Part shown: one piece after another, positions 56,155 through 64,000 of the stretch
Layout of the letters: each line of letters opens with the position of its first letter
Numbering within the stretch: position 1 is the first letter of the stretch
Assembly: GCA_964621605.1 (NCBI GenBank)
Contig: CAZUMJ010000005.1
Location: 7,331 to 71,330 of the forward strand
DNA: 64,000 nt
DNA from: an uncultured Iamiaceae bacterium
GTDB taxonomy: Bacteria > Actinomycetota > Acidimicrobiia > Acidimicrobiales > Iamiaceae
Direction: 5' to 3'
Made by a program: the position numbers and the translations under genes
The notes under the pieces: model-generated
Databases searched by the model: none
Seen by the model: the letters and a program-made list of their open reading frames with translations, nothing else
What the model was told of the DNA's origin: nothing

Positions 56155-57339
56155 ATGGCAGACCTTGGGTTCGCGTTCTTCGACGCAGACAACCACTACT
56201 ACGAGCCGGCCGATGCGTTCACCCGGCACCTCCCGAAGGAGTTCGCCCGTCGGGGCATCTTCTGGATCGAGATGAACGGCAAGCAGCGCCTGATGGCGGG
56301 CAACCGGCTGTGGCGCTTCATCCCCAACCCGACGTTCGACCCGATCGCTCGCCCTGGCGCGCTCGACCAGTACTTCCGCGGCAACAACCCCAAGGGCCAA
56401 GACGTACGTGAGGCGTTCGGTGAGCTCGATCGCATCGCGGACCGCCCCGAGTACCGCGACCGCGATGCGCGCCTGGCCGTCATGGACGCGCAGCACATGG
56501 AGGCGACGTTCATGTTTCCGACGCTCGCGGTCGGCGCCGAAGAAGCGCTGCGCACCGACGTCGACGCGGTGCACGCCGTCTTCAGCGCCTTCAACCGTTG
56601 GGTCGCGGAGGAGTGGGGCTTCGCCTACGAGGACCGCATCTACGCCGCTGCGGTCATCTCCTTGCTCGATCCAGCCAAAGCGGTTGCCGAGTTGCGCCGC
56701 GTGGCCGCGGAGGGGTGTCGCCTCATCTGTCTGCGCGCCGCGCCGATCCTCGCCCCGGGCGGCGGCCGCTCACCCGGCGACGCCGTGTACGACGAGTTCT
56801 GGTCGGTCGTCGAGGAGACCGGCATCGTCGTCGGCATCCACTCGGGCGACTCCGGGTACGACCGCTACGCCGTCGACTGGGGGGCATCCGCCGAGATGGA
56901 GGCATTCCGCGCCGACCCGTTCAAGCGGGTGATGATCGGCCACCGGCCCATCTACGACTACCTCGCTGCGCTCATCACCCGAGGGGTGTTCGAGAGGCAC
57001 CCCGGCGTGCGCGTGGCGACGATCGAGAGCGGGTCGAGCTGGGTGCCGGAGCTCGTACACGCGCTCTCCAAGACCTACAAGCAGATCCCCGCGCTCTTTC
57101 CGGGCGATCCGGTTGCCGCCTTCCGTCGCAACATCTGGGTGTCACCGTTCTTCGAGGACGACATCCGTTCGCTCACCGAGTTCGTCGACGTCGACCACCT
57201 GCTGATGGGGTCCGACTGGCCCCACGCAGAGGGCCTTCCCGAGCCGTCCGACTACATCCGTGACCTCGCCGGGTTCTCCGACGACGAGGTGCGCAAGGTC
57301 ATGCACGACAACGCACGTGCACTCATGCCCGTGCGCTGA
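56155..57339 (+). CDS. Amidohydrolase-2 family protein (second paralog-like member)
   Basis: MADLGFAFFDADNHYYEPADAF.. is the DxDxH metal-ligand-like start. ..VGIHSGDSGY.. and ..LMGSDWPHAEG.. are typical of this TIM-barrel family. Confidence 0.78.
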   Translation: MADLGFAFFDADNHYYEPADAFTRHLPKEFARRGIFWIEMNGKQRLMAGNRLWRFIPNPTFDPIARPGALDQYFRGNNPKGQDVREAFGELDRIADRPEYRDRDARLAVMDAQHMEATFMFPTLAVGAEEALRTDVDAVHAVFSAFNRWVAEEWGFAYEDRIYAAAVISLLDPAKAVAELRRVAAEGCRLICLRAAPILAPGGGRSPGDAVYDEFWSVVEETGIVVGIHSGDSGYDRYAVDWGASAEMEAFRADPFKRVMIGHRPIYDYLAALITRGVFERHPGVRVATIESGSSWVPELVHALSKTYKQIPALFPGDPVAAFRRNIWVSPFFEDDIRSLTEFVDVDHLLMGSDWPHAEGLPEPSDYIRDLAGFSDDEVRKVMHDNARALMPVR

Positions 57340-57425
57340 TGGCCTGAGGGCACGCGTGGCGAGCGTCTCGCGGTGGGAACCCATCCGAAGGGCCGGTGAG
57401 CCACGGCAGTAGCATCGAACGGTCT

Positions 57426-58838
57426 ATGCCGAAGCCCCCCGTTCTCACTCCGCAGGCCGACGACTTCCCGCGCTGGTACCAGGAGGTCGTCGCGAAGGCC
57501 GAGCTGGCCGACAACGGTCCGGTCCGCGGCACCATGGTCATCCGCCCGTACGGCTACGCCATCTGGGAGCGCATGCAGGCCGAGGTCGACGCCCGCATCA
57601 AGGCCGCGGGGGCGAGCAACGCCTACTTCCCCCTCTTCATCCCCGAGAGCTACCTCACGCGTGAGGCCGAGCACGTCGAGGGGTTCAGTCCTGAGCTGGC
57701 GGTGGTGACGCACGCCGGAGGCAAGGAGCTCGACGAGCCGGTGGTCGTACGTCCGACGTCTGAGACGGTCATCGGCGAGTACATGGCCAAGTGGGTGCAG
57801 AGCTACCGCGACCTGCCTTTGTTGCTCAACCAGTGGGCCAACGTGGTGCGCTGGGAGCTTCGCCCGCGCCTCTTCCTACGCTCGAGCGAGTTCCTCTGGC
57901 AGGAAGGCCACACGGCACACGTCGACGAGGCCGACGCCGCCGCCTACGCACGTCGCATCCACACCGACGTGTACCGGTCGTTCATGGTCGACGAGCTGGC
58001 CATTCCCGTGTGGCTCGGTCGCAAGACCGCAAAGGAGCGCTTCCCCGGGGCCATCAACACCCTCACGTGCGAGGCGATGATGGGTGACGGGAAGGCCCTG
58101 CAGATGGGCACCAGCCATGAGCTCGGGCAGAACTTCGCCAAAGCGTTCGACATCTCCTACCTCGACGCGGCGGGCGAGCAGCAGCTCGCGTGGACGACGT
58201 CATGGGGTGTGTCGACCCGCATGGTGGGTGGGCTGATCATGGCGCACGGCGACGACGCCGGGCTCCGCCTGCCGCCGCGCATCGCCCCGGTGCAGGTGGT
58301 CGTCCTGGCGGTGCGCGACGACGACGCGGTCGTCGCCGAGGTCCGGCGCATCGCCGACGTGCTGCGTGCAGCAGGGGTGCGGGTCGAGGCCGACGTGCGG
58401 GTCGAGACGTCGTTCGGGCGCCGCGTGACCGATTGGGAGCTGAAGGGCGTCCCCGTTCGCCTCGAGCTCGGGCCGCGCGACCTGGCAGAGGGCATCGTCA
58501 CCGTGGTGCGCAGAGACTCGACCGACAAGGTGCCGGTGGCGCTCGGCGAGCTCGCGACGCGGGTGCCGGCCGACCTCGACGCGATGCAAGCCGCCATGCT
58601 CGCCGCCGCGACCGCGCGCCGCGATGCCCGCACGACGTCGGTGGCCACGCTCGACGAGGCACGTGAGGCCGCGGCAACCGGTTTCGCGCGCGTGCCGTGG
58701 GACGCCGTCGGGCCCGAAGGTGAGGCCGAGTTGGCGACCGCGGCGGTGACGGTGCGTTGCCTGCAGCGTGGCGACGGGTCCCTACCGGAGCGTGACGACG
58801 AGGCAGGGCTCGTCGCGCTCGTCGCGCGGTCGTATTGA
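57426..58838 (+). CDS. proS: Prolyl-tRNA synthetase, archaeal/eukaryote-like (Thermus-type) architecture
   Basis: The sequence MPKPPVLTPQADDFPRWYQEVVAKAELADNGPVRGTMVIRPYGYAIWE..EAEHVEGFSPELAVVTHAGG..RPTSET..NQWANVVRWE..RLFLRSSEFLWQEGHTAH closely parallels Thermus-type ProRS. There is no INS editing domain and the protein ends ..ARSY. The track start at 57396 (GTG) is also possible. Confidence 0.93.
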   Translation: MPKPPVLTPQADDFPRWYQEVVAKAELADNGPVRGTMVIRPYGYAIWERMQAEVDARIKAAGASNAYFPLFIPESYLTREAEHVEGFSPELAVVTHAGGKELDEPVVVRPTSETVIGEYMAKWVQSYRDLPLLLNQWANVVRWELRPRLFLRSSEFLWQEGHTAHVDEADAAAYARRIHTDVYRSFMVDELAIPVWLGRKTAKERFPGAINTLTCEAMMGDGKALQMGTSHELGQNFAKAFDISYLDAAGEQQLAWTTSWGVSTRMVGGLIMAHGDDAGLRLPPRIAPVQVVVLAVRDDDAVVAEVRRIADVLRAAGVRVEADVRVETSFGRRVTDWELKGVPVRLELGPRDLAEGIVTVVRRDSTDKVPVALGELATRVPADLDAMQAAMLAAATARRDARTTSVATLDEAREAAATGFARVPWDAVGPEGEAELATAAVTVRCLQRGDGSLPERDDEAGLVALVARSY

Positions 58839-58843
58839 GGGTC

Positions 58844-60235
58844 ATGCCCACCGGCCTGCGACGAACCGGTCGGCAACGGGTGGCCTGCGGGCCTCGCCGA
58901 TCTGCACTGCGGCGACGCGTCGTGGTGGTGGCTGTGGCCGGTGCATGCACGCTGACTGCGGGCCCGCTCGCCCTCGCGCAGGTCCCGCCCGCCACCGACG
59001 TGCCCGCCACGACTGCCGTCCCACCGGGAACCGATCCCGCCGCGACCTCGACGACGATCGGGGGTGAGACGCCGGGTTCGTCCACGGCGTCCGGGCCCAC
59101 CACCTCAACCATCGCCCGGCCGCCTGCGGTTCCGACACCGGGCGGGTTCGGCGGGCCGCCGGTCGACCCGAATGCGCCGCCCGAGCCTCCGATGGCCGAT
59201 CCGAGCCCGCAGGTTCGGGTGTTGCTCACGCAACTGCGGGCGCACGATCACCTCGACGTCGTCGCGAAGGCCGAGCAGGCGCTTGCCGCGCAGCAGGTCA
59301 AGGAGCAGCAGGCGCACGATGTGGTGGCGCAGGCGGTTGCGGCGGTGCGACGCGCGGAGGCGGTCGTGGCGACCGACCGGGACCGGCTTCGTGGCATCGC
59401 CATCACGGCCTACATGGATCCGTCGTCGTCGCCACTCGAACAGGTGCTCGAAGGTGAGCCCGCCGATGGACGTCGCCGTGACGTGCTCGTCACCGCGTCT
59501 GCCGAGCACAACCAGGCGGTGCTGCACGCGGATGAGGCGGCGCTGCGCAGCCGTCGTGGCGAGCTCGAAGAGGCACGGGCCGCTGAGCGGGCAGAGGTTG
59601 CGCGAACCGCGCAGGTCCAGGGGCGTCTCGATGGCGAGCGCGGCTTTCAGTCCGTGCTGGAGCAGAACATCAACACCGCCGTGTACGGCCAGTCGCACGG
59701 TGTGCCCTACGAGCTGCCGATCATGGGCCTGAACGTGTTCAAACCCGAGGAGCTGGCCGCATGGTTCGTGCAGCACGGCGTCGTCAGCCATGCCCAGGCG
59801 AGCGTCACCGATCTGGCGACCTGGTACCTGCAGGAGGGGCGTGACGAGGGCGTGCGGGGCGACATGGCCTTCGCGCAGTCGGTCCTCGAGACCGGCTCGT
59901 TCACCAACGACGACACCCGGCGCTTCAACAACTTCGCCGGGGTGGGGCATTGCGACACCTGCCCGACGGGGTTTGCCTTCGCCACGCCCCAACTCGGGGT
60001 GCGCGCGCAGATCCAACTGCTGAAGCAGTACTCCGAGGGCAACGTCACCTACAAGAACCCGCTGGTCGACCGGCGGTTGCGGGGGCCGGCAGGGTGCTGC
60101 CCGACGTGGACCGATCTCACCCACATCTGGGCGACGAACGGCAACTACGGCCCCAAGATCATGTCGGTGTACCGCGAGATGCTGCACTGGCTGGTGCTGC
60201 AGCGCGGCCTCACCCCCCTCGATCGAGGCCCGTGA
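58844..60235 (+). CDS. Secreted protein with a Pro-rich region, a coiled coil and a C-terminal glucosaminidase-like (PF01832-like) cell-wall hydrolase domain
   Basis: The signal peptide is MPTGLRRTGRQRVACGPRRSALRRRVVVVAVAGACTLTAGPLALA. The C-terminus DMAFAQSVLETGSFTNDDTRRFNNFAGVG resembles the AQAxLESGWG..NNLFGIK motif. The domain call is by eye. Confidence 0.6.
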   Translation: MPTGLRRTGRQRVACGPRRSALRRRVVVVAVAGACTLTAGPLALAQVPPATDVPATTAVPPGTDPAATSTTIGGETPGSSTASGPTTSTIARPPAVPTPGGFGGPPVDPNAPPEPPMADPSPQVRVLLTQLRAHDHLDVVAKAEQALAAQQVKEQQAHDVVAQAVAAVRRAEAVVATDRDRLRGIAITAYMDPSSSPLEQVLEGEPADGRRRDVLVTASAEHNQAVLHADEAALRSRRGELEEARAAERAEVARTAQVQGRLDGERGFQSVLEQNINTAVYGQSHGVPYELPIMGLNVFKPEELAAWFVQHGVVSHAQASVTDLATWYLQEGRDEGVRGDMAFAQSVLETGSFTNDDTRRFNNFAGVGHCDTCPTGFAFATPQLGVRAQIQLLKQYSEGNVTYKNPLVDRRLRGPAGCCPTWTDLTHIWATNGNYGPKIMSVYREMLHWLVLQRGLTPLDRGP

Positions 60236-60366
60236 CCGGGCACGAGCCGCCGGGCAGAGGTGCGGTGGCGTAGCGATCGTGCACGGTTCGTGCTGGCCCT
60301 GGGGGCGGCCGGGTTCCCCGGCTTCCGGTATACTGTTCGGGCCAGTTGCACCAGCATGCGGAGCAC

Positions 60367-60400
60367 AAGGCGTGGGCCCTGCCCACGCCTTTCGTTTCGT
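60367..60400 (+). terminator. Terminator-like hairpin with a T-rich tail in the rimP-nusA-infB leader
   Basis: AAGGCGTGGGC-cct-GCCCACGCCTT is a perfect 11-bp stem followed by TCGTTTCGT. It lies 131 nt after the upstream stop and 45 nt before the rimP ATG. Confidence 0.5.
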
Positions 60401-60444
60401 ATGGCGCAAGCGATGTTCCGACAGAGCGACCGAGGAGGTGACCC

Positions 60445-60971
60445 ATGACCGACGGATTGACAGAGCGCATCGGTGCGCTTGTCGCGCCGCACATCGACGC
60501 GATTGGGGCCACCCTCTACGACGTCGAGCACAGCGGCGGGGTGCTGCGCGTGGTCGTCGACCGTGCGCAGCCCGTCGATCTCGACGAGCTGGCGGTCCTC
60601 ACCCGGGCGATCTCGCAACTGCTCGACGAGCAAGACCCGATCGCCGGTCGGTACACGCTCGAGGTGACAAGCCCCGGCCTCGAGCGGCGTCTCCGCACGC
60701 CAGCGCACTTCGCTGCCGCGGTGGGGGAGCAGGTCAAGCTCAAGCTCCACGCCGGCGTCGAGGGCGACCGTCGCGTCGACGGCGAGCTGCGCGAGGTCGA
60801 TGGCGATGCCCTCGTCGTCGTCTCGTCGAAGGGGGTCGAGCAGCGCGTGCCGCTCGACTCGGTCGCCCAAGCACGCACTGTGTTCATTTGGGGGCCGGCT
60901 CCACGCCCGACCGGCCCTGCACCACGTCGTTCCCGCCCATCACCTTCGGAGAGAGAGAAGAAGGCAGCGTC

Positions 60972-60975
<4 letters not shown>
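60445..60975 (+). CDS. rimP: Ribosome maturation factor RimP
   Basis: GAGGAGG is the RBS. ..LRVVVDR..VDLDELAVLTRAISQLLDEQDPIAGRYTLEVTSPGLERRLRTPAHF is canonical. Confidence 0.92.
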
Positions 60976-62234
<1,259 letters not shown>

Positions 62235-62254
62235 CGCCCGAGCCCGCCGTCGCG

Positions 62255-62506
62255 CTGCGCACGTGTGTTGGCTGTCGCCGCAAGGCTCCACAGTCCGACC
62301 TGGTGCGCATGACGCGCCGACCCGACGGGTCCCTCCAGGTGGGTCGTGCGCAGCCCGGGCGCGGTGCGTGGCTGTGTCGAGGTTCGAGTTCGTGCTTCGA
62401 CCAGGCAATTCGTCACCGGGCATTGCCTCGAGCTCTGCGCGCCTCGATCACCCCGGAGGCGGTGGAGGCAGTCCGCGCCACGCTGGGCCTGGGGGTAGCG
62501 GGCTGA
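62255..62506 (+). CDS. ylxR: YlxR/RnpM (DUF448) family RNA-binding protein; 5' end unresolved
   Basis: The frame of track ORF 62303..62506 extends upstream through the hallmark RTCVGCRRKAPQSDLVR, followed by ..GRGAWLC... No ATG, GTG or TTG occurs in this frame between the stop at 62165-62167 and 62303. The CTG at 62255 is my provisional start. Confidence 0.75.
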   Translation: MRTCVGCRRKAPQSDLVRMTRRPDGSLQVGRAQPGRGAWLCRGSSSCFDQAIRHRALPRALRASITPEAVEAVRATLGLGVAG

Positions 62507-62642
62507 ACGATCGCTCCAGGCGGTGATTGCTTTCGTCGCCGGGCCTCCCGCTGCGCGACACTGGAGGGCCGTGCCTACGGGCGTGGCCAGACCTGATCTT
62601 CCCCACGACGACATCGAACTGACGAAGGGCTGAGGAACGCCG

Positions 62643-64000
62643 TTGCCTTCCAAGATCCGCATCCACGAGCTGGCCAAGGAGCTCGGTCTCACCAACAAGG
62701 AGACACTCGATCTCTGCGGCGCGCTCGGGATCGGGGCACGGAGCCACTCGTCGAGCATCGAGGAGGCGCAGGGCGACCGCGTGCGGCGGAAGGCAGAGCG
62801 TGAGGGGCTCGTTCGCGACGAGCAACCCGAAGAGCCCGCCAAGGTAAAGAAGGCCGCGCCGAAGAAGGCCGCGGCCAAGAAGCCAGCAGCCGACGAACCG
62901 CCGGCGCCGGTCGCCGAAGCGGCCGACGTTCCTGCTGCAGAACCCACCGCGGCCGCTCCCGACACGCCTTCGACCCCTCCCGTGGTCGAGTCTGTTGCGC
63001 CTCCCGTCGAGGCAGTCGAGTCGCCCAGCGCGCCCGCAGCGACAAAGCCCGAGCCGGTCGAGCCTGTGGCTGCTGCCGAGCCGACGTCGGTTGGCGAGCC
63101 GACACCGCCACCGGCAGAGCCGCGTCGGGTCGTGACGTCGTCGGGTAGCGAGCACCCGCCGCGCCCGCCCCGCCGCGAGCCCGAGGCGGCAGCGCTCGAC
63201 ACGCCGCCGGCTCCGCCGCGTCAGGTCCCGCCCATGCGTCCGCCGACTGGCCCGGGTACGGCTGGCCCGGCGACGCCGCGTCCGCCAGTCGCGCCGACCG
63301 CTCCGGCAGCGCCCGCCGCTGACGGCGCCGTGCCCCAAGCTCCGGCCGCCTCCGCGCCGGCTGGGCCACGCTCGTTGTCGGGCAAGCCGATTCCGCCTCC
63401 TCCCGGTGGCTCACCGCGCTCGCTGTCGGGCAAGCCGATCCCGCCTCCCCCTGGCCTGGGTGGTCGTGGCCCGGCTCCGGTTCGTGCCGGTGGTCCCGCC
63501 CGTCCGGGTGGGGCACGGCCTGGTGCTCGCCCGGGTGGCGCCGCCCCCGGCGGTGCCGGGTACCGAGCGCCCGTTGGCGGTGCGCCGAGCCGACCTGGTG
63601 GTGCGCCGGGTGGCGGCCCGGGCGGTGGTCCCGGCGGCGGCCCTGGTGGTCGTCCGGGCGGTCCTCCTGGGCGTCGTCCTCCGCAGCGCCGCAAGAGCCG
63701 GCGTCGTCGCAGCCGTGAAGAGCTGCAGCCGTTGGACGGCCCGACCTACACGCCGTTGGAGGCTCCCGTCCCCGACGGCGAGATCGTGGTCGAGCGCGCC
63801 TCCGCCCCACAAGACCTCGGCCCCCGTCTGAACCGCACCGCGGCCGACGTCGTGCGCTTCCTCATGCAGCAGGGCGAGATGGTGACGGCAACCCAGTCGC
63901 TGTCCGACGACATGATCGAGCTGTTCGCCGCCGAGGTGGGTGCCACCATCCGCCTCGTCAACCCGGGCGAAGAGCAAGAGGTCGAGCTCCAGCGCCGGTT
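62643..64000 (+). CDS. infB: Translation initiation factor IF-2, N-terminal part; gene runs off the right edge
   Basis: Not in the ORF track because it is open-ended. TTG at 62643 with GAGGA 6 nt upstream. (M)PSKIRIHELAKELGLTNKETLDLC is the canonical IF-2 N-domain. A long P/A/G-rich linker follows, then ..VVERASAPQDLGPRLNRTAADVVRFLMQQGEMVTATQSL... Confidence 0.95.
   Translation, partial: MPSKIRIHELAKELGLTNKETLDLCGALGIGARSHSSSIEEAQGDRVRRKAEREGLVRDEQPEEPAKVKKAAPKKAAAKKPAADEPPAPVAEAADVPAAEPTAAAPDTPSTPPVVESVAPPVEAVESPSAPAATKPEPVEPVAAAEPTSVGEPTPPPAEPRRVVTSSGSEHPPRPPRREPEAAALDTPPAPPRQVPPMRPPTGPGTAGPATPRPPVAPTAPAAPAADGAVPQAPAASAPAGPRSLSGKPIPPPPGGSPRSLSGKPIPPPPGLGGRGPAPVRAGGPARPGGARPGARPGGAAPGGAGYRAPVGGAPSRPGGAPGGGPGGGPGGGPGGRPGGPPGRRPPQRRKSRRRRSREELQPLDGPTYTPLEAPVPDGEIVVERASAPQDLGPRLNRTAADVVRFLMQQGEMVTATQSLSDDMIELFAAEVGATIRLVNPGEEQEVELQRR
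63366..63461 (+). repeat. In-frame 48-nt tandem duplication in the infB linker
   Basis: Two adjacent 48-nt units, about 40 of 48 nt identical, encode PRSLSGKPIPPPPGGS and PRSLSGKPIPPPPGLG. Confidence 0.8.

Noticed and set aside
60279-60971. N-terminal 231-codon extension of the nusA track ORF
   Set aside because: It overlaps rimP in another frame and is Arg/Ala-rich. NusA starts at the ATGA junction at 60972 with a canonical N-terminal domain.

Overview
High-GC (roughly 70% G+C by eye) chromosomal segment of actinobacterial type, made almost entirely of core housekeeping genes. Gene order is largely collinear with the Mycobacterium/Streptomyces backbone. It runs comEA-comEC-holA / rpsT / lepA-hrcA-dnaJ-rsmE-hemW, then yceD-rpmF-plsX-acpP-rnc-fpg-smc, then ftsY-ffh-rpsP-KH-rimM-trmD-rplS-DUF2469-yraN. 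It continues xerC-whiG-M23-rpsB-tsf-pyrH-frr-cdsA-dxr-rseP-ispG and ends proS-rimP-nusA-ylxR-infB. I see no rRNA, tRNA, CRISPR array, transposase or prophage, and no convincing novel defence-type system. The non-backbone content is: (i) a minus-strand MoxR-DUF58-VWA triad placed divergently from an OmpR/HK two-component pair plus an HtrA protease; (ii) an acyl-CoA dehydrogenase / amidohydrolase / TetR / amidohydrolase island between ispG and proS, with a KstR-type operator-like site; (iii) an inverted dprA-comM(-nei) block with an orphan ORF at its left junction; (iv) a membrane protein with perfect in-frame PGYPP tandem repeats; (v) a degenerate DHPS-like ORF coupled to holA. Annotation-level points: rpmF (59 aa) is missing from the ORF track. 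Both window-edge genes (APH-like kinase on the left, infB on the right) are open-ended and also absent from the track. ylxR has no canonical start codon upstream of its conserved Cys motif. The rnc-linked Fpg has Ala in place of the catalytic N-terminal Pro. Many long track ORFs are antisense or off-frame artefacts of high GC. All family calls come from motif recognition by eye in the supplied translations. No searches were run.
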